NCBI RefSeq assembly: GCF_006345805.1
Contig: NC_043006.1
Span: 16,554,001-16,618,000 of the forward strand
Direction of reading: 5' to 3'
DNA: 64,000 bases
Origin: Octopus sinensis
Taxonomy: Eukaryota
The position numbers and the translations under genes were made by a program. Below, one piece after another: positions 36,823 through 51,459 of this stretch. How positions within the stretch are numbered: the stretch's first letter is position 1; each line of letters opens with the position of its first letter. The notes beneath the pieces are model-generated. The model did not search any database and was not told where the DNA came from. It worked only from the letters and a program-made list of their open reading frames with translations.

Positions 36823-39333
36823 CACTGATATTGGCTGGCATCTAGTTTAGTACTTTATTGTTCCAAACACAATTTAGACCATGATGAATTTCTTTTAGCT
36901 ATTAAATATAAAGAACTTAATACCTAAACAGGATATTTAACTGCTAAACTTTAGGCACTAAATAAATAGTTACTTCTGAACATAACAACTATCTATCATA
37001 ATCAATACTATTGTATAGCTGCATATTTCAATGGTTGTGTGGTCTAAAACTGTCTGCAGATTATCCACTGCAATTCTTTCTCTGGTAAGTAACCAGCTAG
37101 ATTAATCCAAAATATTTAATCCTGTGTAGTCCTCTTACATTGGTGAATCACACATGTTATGAACACATTTCACCCAAAGGAGAGAGGCGGTGTTTTCCTA
37201 TGAAGAAAAACAACAGTAATCAGATATTAGGTTCGAACCTGTCAGGACATATTAAGAATGAATAGAGATGTTATTGTTTGGATTCCTGCTGCTGTGCACG
37301 CACCCCTTGAATTAGTATCTGTTTGACAAGTATCAGTATGCATCAGTAAATAATTTGTTTGCTGATTTATTTAAGTGAGAGCTCATGTTATGCTCTTGCT
37401 AGATTCATTGGTCTGCTGGGATAACTTTGACAAAGGAGACACACACAATAAGTTAAAACATTGCAAGTGTCTTATATTCCCCTTACACTGGTGAATTGCA
37501 TGTATGTATTATGAATGCATATTGTCTTAAGAACAGAAGTGCACTTCAATGACAACATGCAAAAGCAATCAAATATTCACATTCAGATCTGCCAGAACAT
37601 ATTATAAATGAATAGATACATTATTTAATTTGAGATAATTTTTAAATGAACTAAATAATGCTTAATTTTCACTTGCCTGTACATCATAGCACAAATTAAA
37701 CTGTTTAGAAACTTCTAGAAGTATCCTCTCTGAAGTGTATTGCAAGGGTTTCAAAATGGAAAAAAATAAGATGGTTGAAAATGGAACCTTATTCAATGAA
37801 AGCCCAATCGAGATCCAAATGCCTCATTGAATTTACTGCTGTATAATTCTTAATGTACCTAAATGTGGAATCAATTACCACTTGAATCATTTGAACACAC
37901 CTATCTCTCCTCTCTTAACATGGCAAAGCAAAATCTGAAAGTCTTCATACATAATTTTATATATTTTGTACTCTTGGCAACTAGTTTTTTTTTTTAAATA
38001 TACAAATAAAATATGATATTGAGATTTATCATGTTTCATCAGGCAGTATTATCATCACAGGATTATGTGTGTATGTTACATAAGGAAATAATCTGATTAT
38101 AAATCATTTCTAAGAATGAATAACGGAATAAAATCTTCAAGAATACAGATAAAAACTAAAATAACTAATACACGTACAAGGAAGTTGATAGTAGTATATC
38201 TAGTGACATAAACCTGATAAGCTTTGAAGTAGGTAGCAAGTAACACCATAGTATTATTAGCAGATTAGCAGAACACCTCTAAATAGTTTTACATTGTAAA
38301 CGTAATTTTCCATAATCTCTATTTATCAAACATTTTCTTTATCTACAGTTTATAAATATCATCATTTTAACTTCAACTTTTCCACGCTTGCATGGTTTAG
38401 ATGAGATTTGTTGAGATGGATTATCAATAGCCAAATGATCTTCCTGTCACCAACCCTCACCTGTTTTCAAGAAAAGTAGTAATTCCTTTAGTTCTTCAAA
38501 CATGAATAGCACAATGGTCAGAGAGGTTTTCAGGAAAGATTGCGAATAAAAAGCACTGCTTGTATGATAATGATATCTGTTTACAATCAGAGTACCAAAT
38601 CCACACAAAGAGATAATAAACACGAACACACTAACACAGGACGTGTTTCAGTTTCTAAACTATTAAATCGAATCACAAGGCTTTGGTCAGCACAGGGTTA
38701 TAGCAGAAGACATCTTCTGCCCAAAGTGCTGCACAGTAGGACTGAACTCAGATGTAAATAAATACCACTGCTCAATGGATTCTTGAAGTTAGAATAAAAA
38801 ACCATGTTCAACTTAGATAAGTAACTTTGAAGGGAAACATTCCTTACATTTTAATGAGGTTGGACTATCAGTGAGTGCATATGGATATAGTATCAAATTT
38901 TTTTTTAGAAATTTTAATTCACTTTTAAACTATTAGAACTGATTTAGTTCTATACAGTCATCGTTCTCAGATATTTCACTTTATTGCAGCAGCAGAAAAC
39001 ATAACCACTACAAATATACAAAAGGAAATTAGTTTTGTACTATCACTCGAATTTACTGCACATTTCAGAAATCTCAACATAAACAAATAGCCTATATCAG
39101 TTTCTTAGAGATATCAATGCTGTTTTGTTTGCCCTAAAGAATTTAACAGACTATTTTATTATTTTTGAAACCATAAACTTTAAAGTTGGTTAAAGAAATA
39201 AAGCAAGTTCTAGAGTAACTTCCAAGTCTGACAGTATTGCATCAACAACCAAGCAGTTTATTTGCAACCATACAAAATAATATAAAAGGACAGAATTATT
39301 GTGAATCCAAAGAAATACTATCCAATTTCTATA

Positions 39334-39640
39334 GTGGGGACACATGGCCTAGTGGTTAGAGCAGCGGACTCGCGGTCGAGAGGTCGCGGGTTCGAATCGC
39401 AGACCGGGCGATGTGCGTGTTTATGAGCGAAAACACCTAAGCTCCACGCGGCTCCAACAGAGGGTAATGGCAAACTTCTGCTGACTCTTTCGCCACAACT
39501 TTCTCTCACTCTTTCCTCCTGCATCTTGCAGCTCACCTGCGATGGACCGGTGTCCCGTCCAGGTGGGGAACCTATACATCAAGAAACCGGGAAACCGGCC
39601 CTTATGAGCCAGGCATGGCTTGAGAAGGAACAAACAAACA
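39334..39640 (+). mobile_element. Family E-headed SINE with a different tail, (AAAC)n end and 10-bp TSD
   Basis: Box A TGGCCTAGTGG, box B GGTTCGAATC; AATTTCTATA at 39324-39333 and 39641-39650. Confidence 0.92.
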
Positions 39641-40934
39641 AATTTCTATACAATTGGACTTACTATAGTAGTATAAAACCATAAGATTTAAAAGTATCAT
39701 CTTAGATGAATAAATACATAGTTTGAGTAGAAGATGCAAGTGTTGGTGGGATTGGGGAAGCAGCTGCAGAGAACCCAGATGTGCAGAACACCTTCTTTGT
39801 GAACCATAACTACAAACATTATGTAAAAAAAATGTTAGCAGGAAAGTGGTACTACTGTAGGAAAGACTGAAGTAGATTTCATTTAACAGCAAATGAATTA
39901 TAGTTTTTTTTTTTTCAAGATCACTTTTTCATGCAACTTTATAATTCCAACCTTCTAAAATAGTAACTAGTAGAGAGAATTCAAAGTTAGTCTCTTCAAA
40001 AACAAAACAAATTTCTTTTAATAAAAAACACTGCATAGAAAAAGGACAAAAACTTGTTTTTGACATGGAAATTCTAGAAATATCTTTACTCTTTGTAGTA
40101 GACAAAACAATGTTGATGTAGTTAAAAATAAGAATTCCTCAAGACATCTCATGTCTAGAATGCATTACCACATATTCAGATCAATATGATCAATATGATT
40201 GATTGCATAAAAAGAATGATTCAACAATAATGCTATTATTTTGTAGAATAATTATAGGAAGATTCACGAATAGGGGAAAAAAACAAAAAATAGAACAGAA
40301 AATAATACATTAATTTTTTAAAAAACAGCTCTCAAGAGAAGTTAAATTAAAAATTCAACTTTCAGAAGGAAAACAACAGCTCTTTGAATTAGAGGAATTA
40401 GTTAAAAGATTTCTGAATTCAGAATTTGGACAACTGAGCAGGTTTTATATCATAAACAAACTAAATTATTAATTGCTTAAAATAACTGTTTTGATAGATA
40501 TTCTCCAAAATTTAAAACAAACCAACAAAACATATCCTTTTCTTATAAAAGACAGATCTGTATACATCGGACATTACACAGCAATCAAATGCTTTACCTA
40601 AGTACAACACGAGGGAGCAGAACATTTATAAACAATTACTTTGTTTAAAGACATTCGAAATCTACTGCAAATATTCAATTTGATAAGCTGACTACAAACA
40701 GCAATGTCTCCGAAATTAGTTCTGGCAAATATCCAGAGGAAAAGATCAATAAAGACAAGATGACTTTTTGATGTCCTTGGCAAATATCAAGACAGTTTAA
40801 ATTTCAAATAATGGTTTAAAACATCTTCAACTCTCTCCCTAAGTAATGTTATGATACATGTCAAAAGGATGTCAATAACTGAATAAAAATCCAACTTAAA
40901 ATTCTTTTCCCAAGTACATATAATAGTAATTTAG

Positions 40935-40976
<42 letters not shown>

Positions 40977-41044
40977 CACACACACACCTGCATAGAAGAC
41001 GGACATTGAATGATGATATACATACATATATATATGTGTGTGTG

Positions 41045-41300
41045 TCTGTCACGTAAACAGCACCATCTGAATGTGGTCGATGCCAGCCCCTCCCCCACCA
41101 CCACTGGCTTCCGTGCTGGTGGCACATAAAAAAACACCCACTACACTCTCGGAGTGGTTGACATTAGAAAGGGCGTCCAGCTGTAGAAACCATGCCAGAT
41201 CAAGATTGGAGCCTGGTGCAGCCTCCTGGCTTGCCAGTCCTCAGTCAAACCGTCCAACCCATACCAGCATGGAAAACGGATGTTATATATGATGATGATG
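41045..41300 (+). mobile_element. Family B SINE-like element
   Basis: Family signature with (GAT)n tail. Confidence 0.85.
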
Positions 41301-42084
41301 TTCATTTCCCATGCTGGAAAACACGATATATATATATACACACACGGATCTTTACTTCTACATCTTAGGTACTAATAATAATGAGAGTAACAAAAAGAAA
41401 AAAATATTTTGGGGTTTATTTAAATTTTATCAATTTATACGCAGCCAAACATTCACACATTGAAAGTATTTTAACTGCAATTCACATATTAGCATAAAAT
41501 GTAAAGGTGTGGAAAATGGAACAAGAAAGACAACAGAATATATGCTACAGATAAAGGAGACTGACAGACTCTATCAAGAGATTAATTATACTGTATCACC
41601 TGACCAGATGGAGAGAACAAATGAAAACATATCACATGACCAACAAAGAAAATGTGTTTCTTATGTTTATACAATAGAATACAAGTTCTAAGTACATTTC
41701 AGTATTGGCTATATATTAAAACATATTTAAAAAGAAGAAAGAATGAAAACAATGTTGCCATTAGCCTAAATCTAGAATATATATGATTAATATAAACAAG
41801 GCACGGTCTCTGTAACTGGATCTCCTTTCTACTAGTAACCGTTCAACCATGAATGTTTGTCAGATAAACCAGAGAGAGGTACATACTTTGGTTAGGACAC
41901 AACAAAATAAATGGGTGGAGTAGAATTTACCTATACACTTGCATTAGAGAATGAAAATTACCTGTAGAAACCTTAGTCAGTGTTAAGAAGATCAGAACCA
42001 TATTATTATAGTGTCAGCTTGATTTTGCAAGACAGATGGTGTTTAGGTTTCTATTACATTACAATGGTTCAAGCAGGATATAAA

Positions 42085-42255
42085 GAGAGGGTCAATGATG
42101 TCAACCCCAGTGCTTGACTGGTTCTTATTTTATTGACCCTGAAAGAAAGAAAGGCAAAGTTGACCCCAGCAGTATTTGAACTCAGAATATTAAGTTGGAC
42201 AAAATGCTACTAAGCATGTTTTCTGGCATGGTAGCAAACCTGCCAGCTTGCTGCT
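42085..42255 (-). mobile_element. Family D SINE (diverged)
   Basis: aaggcaaagttgacc..tttgaactcagaa..tgccagcttgc. Confidence 0.75.
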
Positions 42256-43494
42256 GTGTTCCCTTGAAACATGTCTATTTTTTTACAATTTTTAATATTT
42301 CAAAGGAACTTTCTAAGACTGATTTTATTTAACAAGAGAATTTCTATAAGGAAACTCCGCCAACAATCGTTCGAAGAGTCCGAAGGAATATTTGTGCTAA
42401 GAAATTTTAAGTTCTACACAAGTTCACAATTTCCACAACTATAGATAAAAAAAAGGGTCATTCTGACTACCTCTCTTTTCCTTTTGCTCAAAACAAAGAA
42501 AAGGGGGAAAACCATAGAAAGATGGTCTTTACTAGCTTGTTCTAATGCTACAATATATGTTTGATTTTCAGATCATCTCAGCTATCTTGAGCATATACTT
42601 AAAACAAAAAATTCCATAAATTTATAGCAACAGAAGAAAAAACATGAAGACTAGCAGCAAAATAAAAAAAATAGTAAAGAAGTATCATATAATTTCAGAT
42701 GAAAACCCTTGCTAAATATTATCTATACATGAAAGAAATACTGAAATGTTTTACTAAAATAACATGAGAGAATTCGGTGATTCAGTCCCAGTATAATCTT
42801 GGATTCATAATTACCTCACAATTGCAGGAAGATGAAACAACTGATACAGACGAAATTCAAACAGTGATGCACTAGATTACATGTTATTAACACATTTAGT
42901 TTGACATGCCACATTCAGCATATTCTCCACTGATTTAAGTAACTGTTAGTTGCAAATGAGGCACAGAGAGTCAAACCAATAGCACACCAGACATTCAGGC
43001 ATGGCTGTATGGTTAAGAGGTGCACTTCTCAACCTTGTGGTCTCCAGCTGAGTTTCACAGGTTCATCACAGGAACCTAGCTCATCAGAATCAGGTGAATC
43101 AGACTGTTTTAAATGATATATACGTAAATATAAGAGAGTTACCGTTAAGTGGTTAACTCTAGTGCTAGAAATAGCTCCTTATTCTGGTATAGCCACCGAA
43201 GTTGTTTCCACAAAAGAAATAACATTACCTTCAACGTATGGAAAGCGAAATACAACGAAAAGATAAATTAATGCTGAACAATTGTTTCTTTATCAACATA
43301 ATATGCAATTATACTCACATATTTATCTATAAATCATCAGCAGCATTTGTTTTTGATACAATTTATTAGACCAATACGGGCGATAAATACCCATACGGTC
43401 CAATCGATTGCATACATAGTTGTGATTTAGCTTCCCCGCCAAAAGCATGGTAAGACTTAGTGGAAACGAGTATATATATATATATATATATATA

Positions 43495-43830
43495 TCATCA
43501 TCATCATCATCATCATCATTTAGCGTCCGTTTTCCATGCTAGCATGGGTTGGACGGTTCAACTGGGGTCTGGGGAGCCCGAAGGCTGCACCAGGCCAGTC
43601 AGATCTGGCAGTGTTTCTACAGCTGGATGCCCTTCCTAACGCCAACCACTCCGAGAGTGTAGTGGGTGATTTTATGTGCCACCGACACAGGTGCCAGACG
43701 AGGCTGGCGAACGGCCACGCTCGGATGGTGTTTTTATGTGCCACCGACACAGGTGCCAGACGAGGCTGGCAGACGGCCACGCTCGGATGGTGTTTTTATG
43801 TGCCACCGACACAGGTGCCAGATGAGGCTA
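43495..43830 (-). mobile_element. Family B SINE-like element with 62-bp internal tandem units
   Basis: Units start at 43678, 43740 and 43802; closely related to the 25927 copy. Confidence 0.92.
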
Positions 43831-44447
43831 AAATTCAGGAGGTATAAGAGGTGAATATATTTATCTATTTGTCGTCCTTAAGGTTATGGCTGTTTCACAA
43901 CCTTTTTCATGTAATAATAATTTCAGTGTATATGTAAACATAATTAATCATACACTGAAATTATTATTACATGAAGAAGGCTGTGAAATGGTCATAATCC
44001 CAAGGATGACAAGTGATTATTCACTGCTCATAATTCCTGTCAAAGACAGGAAAAGCTCAAGTAAGGTATAGTCTGATGAGGGTGAGCAAACCAAAAGTTT
44101 GAAGTCATTGTCAACCTTTTTCTTACAAAAGTTTAAAGAACATGTACTGTACTAAAAAGTACTGAGCAATCCTTCAGTTTAATGCTAAATTGTTTTTATA
44201 TATACTCTCCCATATGTGAGTGTGAGTGTGTGTGTTTATATGCACACATATTAATAAACAAACTGTAGTAATAACATCATGAAACAAACTTAAAAACACG
44301 AATTTCAAAGCAGTATGAATCCAAACTTGTGGATTATATTTTTGAATGAATTTTACCTAACATCTGTTGATGTTTTTGAAATTATTACTATTAAAAACTT
44401 GTTTTGTTTTTGCCTAATGATATTTATCTGTAATTTTCTTTACAGAC

Positions 44448-44452
<5 letters not shown>

Positions 44453-44489
<37 letters not shown>

Positions 44490-45676
44490 TAAAAATGGTA
44501 AGGATAGCCAGATAACTGAAGCGATGGTGGTGTGGATTTCCACCTCGGCATCCAAAACTCAGAGTTTTATCTTGGCTACCGAGTAATTGTCACATATATA
44601 TATAGATCCAGGAAGTTTTTATTTGCAGAGTATAATGTAACAACCGAAGTATGTGATACCGTACCATCATTCTTTCAAGCCGTTCCCCACCCATGCCAAC
44701 ATTGAAAATAGACATTAAATGATGATTATATATTATAAAGAGAGAGAGCAAAAGAATTTAAAACAGGTTACAAACTGGATTTATAAATACTAACAGTAAT
44801 ACTGAAGCCCTTAATGCATATAAGAAAGTGTTGATATAAGAAAAATATTAAAAGTACATAACGATTGGAACCTGCCAGGAAGTGTCAATAAGATAATGTA
44901 TATACAGTTACAGTCACATCACATAACTGAAACCACAGCTTGCATGAAATGCCTATGCTCCCACTGGTTTATTAGCAACTGAGAAAATATAGAAAAAAAA
45001 AAAAGGAAAAAAAAAAAAAAAAAGATAATCTAATTTGAAATTTCATCAATCAGACGAGGAAACAACTTATTTTGGGTGGGTTAATTATTTTCACTCCAGT
45101 GGTGAAAATGCCTAATCTCTGTTCATGAACTAGCTTAGCTGTAGGTAATCGATAATTTGAGCAGTATTTATAATATTAACATAACAGTAGCCACTGAATT
45201 CTCCTATATATATATATATATATATATATTACACGAGGACTTTGGCTTATATTCAAACTAATCAACAGAATTTAAATCAATTAGTGCAAATAGGAAACAG
45301 ATATTTAATAATGTTTACTGTGCATTCTCAAAAGAAACAAGCATATATTATATAGTTCATATTTCCCTTTATGAGTCGTCATCATTTTAGTGTCCACTTT
45401 CCTAACCTAACCCTTGCATGGGTTAGGCTGAATTTGTTGAGGCATATTTTCTATGGCTAGATGCCATTCCTGCCTCCAAGTAAGGTAATATTTCCCCACA
45501 ACCAAACAGGTTTTCACAGGATAATGGAAATGGAGGACAGAGCCTGCATTACAGTGATGCTTATTTACGACTATCAAGCAATGTTAAAACAAGGAGAGTA
45601 ACGCACACATACGTTTGTGTGTGCATATATGTATACATAAATATGTATGTGTGTGTGTGTGTGTGGTGTGTGTGTG

Positions 45677-45749
<73 letters not shown>

Positions 45750-46939
45750 GGTAAAAATGGTAAGGATAGCCAGATAACTGAAGCGATGGTGGTGTGGATT
45801 TCCACCTCGGCATCCAAAACTCAGAGTTTTATCTTGGCTACCGAGTAATTGTCACATATATATATAGATCCAGGAAGTTTTTATTTGCAGAGTATAATGT
45901 AACAACCGAAGTATGTGATACCGTACCATCATTCTTTCAAGCCGTTCCCCACCCATGCCAACATTGAAAATAGACATTAAATGATGATTATATATTATAA
46001 AGAGAGAGAGCAAAAGAATTTAAAACAGGTTACAAACTGGATTTATAAATACTAACAGTAATACTGAAGCCCTTAATGCATATAAGAAAGTGTTGATATA
46101 AGAAAAATATTAAAAGTACATAACGATTGGAACCTGCCAGGAAGTGTCAATAAGATAATGTATATACAGTTACAGTCACATCACATAACTGAAACCACAG
46201 CTTGCATGAAATGCCTATGCTCCCACTGGTTTATTAGCAACTGAGAAAATATATAAAAAAAAAAAAGGAAAAAAAAAAAAAAAAGATAATCTAATTTGAA
46301 ATTTCATCAATCAGACGAGGAAACAACTTATTTTGGGTGGGTTAATTATTTTCACTCCAGTGGTGAAAATGCCTAATCTCTGTTCATGAACTAGCTTAGC
46401 TGTAGGTAATCGATAATTTGAGCAGTATTTATAATATTAACATAACAGTAGCCACTGAATTCTCCTATATATATATATATATATATATATATTACACGAG
46501 GACTTTGGCTTATATTCAAACTAATCAACAGAATTTAAATCAATTAGTGCAAATAGGAAACAGATATTTAATAATGTTTACTGTGCATTCTCAAAAGAAA
46601 CAAGCATATATTATATAGTTCATATTTCCCTTTATGAGTCGTCATCATTTTAGTGTCCACTTTCCTAACCTAACCCTTGCATGGGTTAGGCTGAATTTGT
46701 TGAGGCATATTTTCTATGGCTAGATGCCATTCCTGCCTCCAAGTAAGGTAATATTTCCCCACAACCAAACAGGTTTTCACAGGATAATGGAAATGGAGGA
46801 CAGAGCCTGCATTACAGTGATGCTTATTTACGACTATCAAGCAATGTTAAAACAAGGAGAGTAACGCACACATACGTTTGTGTGTGCATATATGTATACA
46901 TAAATATGTATGTGTGTGTGTGTGTGTGGTGTGTGTGTG

Positions 46940-47018
<79 letters not shown>
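44453..47018 (+). repeat. Near-perfect tandem duplication, period about 1262 bp, bounded by (AT)n tracts
   Basis: ggtaaaaatggtaaggatagcc at 44488 and 45750; differences almost confined to homopolymer and microsatellite lengths. Confidence 0.95.
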
Positions 47019-47022
<4 letters not shown>

Positions 47023-47243
47023 GATACAGATAGAGAGAGTTATTAATGAGGGATTATCAATCCAGGCAAAATATTTTATAAGCTCTCTGTTAATACAAAT
47101 ACACGAAGCTAACAACATTTTTAGATTAGTAAAGAACTCTGCATAAGCCTATGGCCGAGACCAAGGTTACAGTTCATCATCATTTTCTATATTGTAAATC
47201 CATAATTGTATTCTAAGCTGAATTGGTTTTCTACACAGGATGA

Positions 47244-47575
47244 TATACAAGACAAGGTATGAATATTGGTCATCTACATATTCCTTTATTGTTGTAAATA
47301 CAATTTACAACTGTTTCCAATAGTTGTTGTTGGTTTGTCTATTGATCAGGCGAGAAAAGTTGAACAACCTTAAAGCGCTAATGCTACCATCGTCAGATTA
47401 GCATGCTCTAACTCTGACGAAGATAGAATTAGTACTTTAGGATCATTCAACTTTTCTCAACTAATCAATGGATCGATGGATGATCCAACAATGATTATCG
47501 GAAACAACTGTAAGTTGTATTTACAAAAATAAAAGAATATGTAATGACCATTATTTATACCTCGTCTTTTATATA
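47244..47575. repeat. About 330-bp imperfect palindrome (fold-back/MITE-like)
   Basis: Arms pair from aagacaaggtat/atacctcgtctt inward to tcgtcaga/tctgacga; centre GCATGC at 47401-47406; TA-rich ends. Confidence 0.85.
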
Positions 47576-47581
47576 TATATA

Positions 47582-47796
47582 TCATAATCATCATCATTTA
47601 ACATCCGTTTTGACGGTTCGACCGGGGTCCGGTAAGCCATGGAGGCTGCACCAGGCTCCAGTCTGGTTTGGCAGTGTTTCTACAGCTGGATGCCCTTCCT
47701 AACGCCAACCACTCCTAGAGTGTAGTGGGTGTTTTTTACGTGCCACCAGCACAGGGTCCAGACGAGGCTGGCAAACGGCCACGATCGGTTGGTGCT

Positions 47797-47827
<31 letters not shown>

Positions 47828-48009
47828 CATACATACATATAAATATGACAAGCTGCTTTAAGTTTCCATCTACCAAATCTACTAACAAGGCTTTAGTTGG
47901 CCTGAAGGTATAGTAGAGGACACTTACCCAAGGTGCCATGCACTGGGATTGAACCCAAAACCATGTGGCTGGAAAACTAACTTCTTACAATAGAACCATG
48001 CCTGTGCCT
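47582..48009 (-). mobile_element. Family B segment (47582-47798) adjoining a family A head (about 47850-48009)
   Basis: Both signatures in the same orientation, separated by (TA)n. Confidence 0.75.
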
Positions 48010-48374
48010 ATAATCTATGACTAAGTAAAAAGTCATCACAGAATGAAATAGTGCAGACAACTATACAGTGTGACTCAGGAGTTCCTTTAGCACTTAAATA
48101 AATGATTTATAACAATTTAACTTTTTTCCCACTTGTTACAATTTTGTTTTTATACATTTTTAATACAATCTTTGCTTTTTTGTTGCAGATATCTGTCTGT
48201 GTGCCCCCCCCCCCGCCATCCCATTTTGACACCATGTGATTTATATGAGGGTCATTGTCATACAAGTGATATCATCCATTTCCAGTCCTTTGGGAGATAA
48301 GTGATGATTGGTTACAGGAAGGACAATGAATCCTGACTGATACAAGCACAGAAAAGTAGACATTAACTGATATG

Positions 48375-48408
<34 letters not shown>

Positions 48409-48689
48409 ATTATCATCATCATCATCATCATCGTTTAACGTCCACTTTCCATGCTAGCATGGGTTGGACATGTATGTATGTATGTAAGTAAGAGTTTTAC
48501 TAGTTTATCAACATAAAAACTGCAGTTATAACAAAAACAGAATTCAAACTCTAATCAAAGTATGTGTTGAGCTGTTAATCTAAAATGTCCCAATTATATA
48601 ATTTTCCATTAAATTTTGCTCGTTATCTCTCATTCATTTTCTTTTTCTCTCCTTCCATTTTGGCAACATGATAAAAAAGAAGAAATTAC

Positions 48690-48855
48690 CTTTGATATCT
48701 CGATGAAGTTTCTTTTCAGAATGTAAATAATCCAGCCCTTTTAAAATTTCTCGTAAAATAATTGCAATATCATTTTCTTGAAATAAGCCAGCTTTCATAA
48801 GATCAAGTGCTGATCCACCTCCAAGATACTCCATAATAATCCATAATTTGGTCCC
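48690..48855 (-). CDS. STK24/STK26-like: GCKIII kinase exon (166 nt; hinge to catalytic HRDIK)
   Basis: tttag|GGG...AAA G|gtaatt; [23 protein letters not shown]...LHRDIK; phase 0/1. Confidence 0.97.
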
Positions 48856-51051
48856 CTAAAAATAAATTTGCAAACATTCCTTTAATTCAAATACTAAAAT
48901 TAGTAATAAAAAAAAAAGCATTCATTAATTATATAATATTAGTTGATTGATATCACACATTCCAGGCACAATAGGTGAATCAAAATTAACTTGAAACTTA
49001 AAAAAGAAAACTTATAAGTGTCTTTGAGAAGTGGTGCACAAATTGTCTAAATTCCAAAATAACACTGTCAGTTCTTGAATACCTTTAAATAAAACTTACA
49101 TATCAAGCCTCCTGCCAGGCTCACTTCACAAAAGTGAACTGACCGCCACCTATGATGGTCACAAATATATGCTTTTTATCCAACTAGATTTTAACTGTTG
49201 CTATTTAACTCAAATACTGACTGTGTAAATCAATGGTTAAAATCAGTTTTGAATAAGACAAGTGGTTATTTAGGAAAAAAACAACTTAGATATCAACTAT
49301 GCTCTGGAACAACTAACTTACTTCATAGAGAGCTACTAAAATTGCAGACACAATTTGCAGGGTTTTTGAAGGTTTTCCTGATATATTGAAAGCCTCTTCC
49401 TTCTGTTAAACTAAAAATATTAGACTTACTTCAAGTTTCGCCTAACAGCTTTATTTAAATAGTCTTACAAAATATAACAATCTTTTTGTATTTTCAATAA
49501 AAAGTGTAACATGACTATTTTTAATGCACAAACTATATATGATTTGTTTAATATATCGTTATTATATAATATGAAAAAAGTTGATAAGGGTTTCTCTAAT
49601 AGGCTGGATGATCCCTTTGCAGGCTACAAAAGTCACTAACCTAATAGTTCTGGTCTTTATCTCTTACATCCAGAAAAACTAAGGATGGTTGGTCCAATAC
49701 TATACACTTGGTCATTTTCTTTGTGTAAATAAATTATATTAACTGTAATTTGGTGACCTAGTCAGCTATTGATAGCAGTAACTGAACGTTATAAATATAA
49801 ACGTATTTTATTTTTAACATTGCTCAAAATATATCAACAAGAATCAGTCCTCACATATAAATAAAGCAGAAAGCTAAAATCTAACCATGTCCTACTAACA
49901 TTCGACTGTGTAACAAGAAAAAAAAAAGAAGAAAAAGAAAACTATATCACTAGCTGTTCTACCACCTCACTGATAAATAAACACCTATTGTCAGTTATGA
50001 TTCATGCATATGAAAATAACTGAAAATAAATTTGCAAGTCTACTCATGAGGAAAAAAGAACATTTAATATATTTACATTTAAATATCAATTACACTAAAC
50101 AATTATTGCTTAATTATTAGACTCACCACTTTCAAATTAACTATAACCAAAGTAATTTGACAGTGGAGTTGTCTTAAGGGAAAATATCTATAACTAAAGC
50201 AGAAAGAGGGAAAAGTATTAAGTAATATAATAGATGCCAGGTAGACAGACATACTACTGTTTAGATTAAAGGCCTGTTATTTCACAAGCTCTGTTAAGTG
50301 ACAGACTTAGCAGGATTGAAAAACTTATGTCAGATCTCAGGAGGATGTTTTCATAATTTTACTTTACAAGCTAACACCAGACAAGTGAGCAAAGTAAAAA
50401 CTGGATCAGGAAACAGAATCACGAAGTATAAATAACTTTGCTTGTTATTTGTAAAAATATTTCCCACTCAAAAGATTTTACTTCCAATTATTTAAATCAA
50501 GATGATTTTTCAGTAAATTGTTAAATTCTCAAATTAAGTCAATTATACTACCAAAACAGTTTAAGATCAAAGAATAATGTCTGTAAAATATTAATGTACA
50601 ATGGCTTAATTTAATGCAATAACAATTAAGCGATAATTGAAAATTACCAGCAGATAATTTTTATCACATATTAAAATTATTCAAGACAAAAACACAAAAA
50701 GGCAAAATTTCAATGACATTTATCTTGAAGGATAAGCTTCAAATACAAGTAGCGTATATAAATAGAATTAAGTTATATAAGATGTTCAAGGAGTTTAAAT
50801 AAGAGAAAATAGCTTGATAATATGTCATTATTTAGCATGCAGATTACATCATATTGTACACAGTAATCTCTTCAGAGAAAAAAATTATGGATATATTTCT
50901 GATCTGAATAAAAAGTCTAATGAAAGGATGTCTTATTCTAAAAATCTTAAAATATAATCAATGATTAAAACACTGGTGAAAATTTAGCTTCTAATTGTCA
51001 GCCATCATCCTCTGACTGTCCAGATGAAATTACAGCAATTTAACTTAAGTA

Positions 51052-51452
51052 CAGGAATGGCTGTGTAACCACACAGCCATTCACTTTCCAAACTTGTGGT
51101 TTCTAGTTCAGTCCCACTACATGGCACCTTGGGTGAGTGTCTTCTACCGATGAACAGATCAAAGCCTTGTGAATGGATTTGGTAGATGGAAACTGAAAGA
51201 AGCTCATTGTGTGTGTGTGTGTGTTGTCTCAACATCTTGATATCACACAAGAGTTGTAAATGAGTGTCACTATCATACAAATGTTTCCAATCTTCCACGA
51301 AAGCATGTCTCACTATGAGGAAATATTGCCTTACCTGGGAAACAACAGGTGAGGGTTGGTGACAGCAAGGGCATCCAGTTGTAGAAAATTTGCCTCAACA
51401 AATTTCACCTGACCCAATGCAAACACAGAAACGCAGATAGTAAAATAATGAT
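51052..51452 (+). mobile_element. SINE (family A head, alternative tail) ending a few nt from the exon donor
   Basis: ggctgtgt..gttcagtcccact..ggatttggtagatggaaactgaaagaagc..ggtgagggttggtgacag. Confidence 0.8.
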
Positions 51453-51459
51453 AACTTAC

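Noticed and set aside
43365-43404. Imperfect ~15-bp hairpin, possible reverse Helitron end
   Set aside because: Too degenerate, and no CTAG terminus.
44060-44115. CTGATGAG..stem..AAAA resembling a hammerhead ribozyme core
   Set aside because: The essential GAAA is absent and no convincing stems I and III are present.
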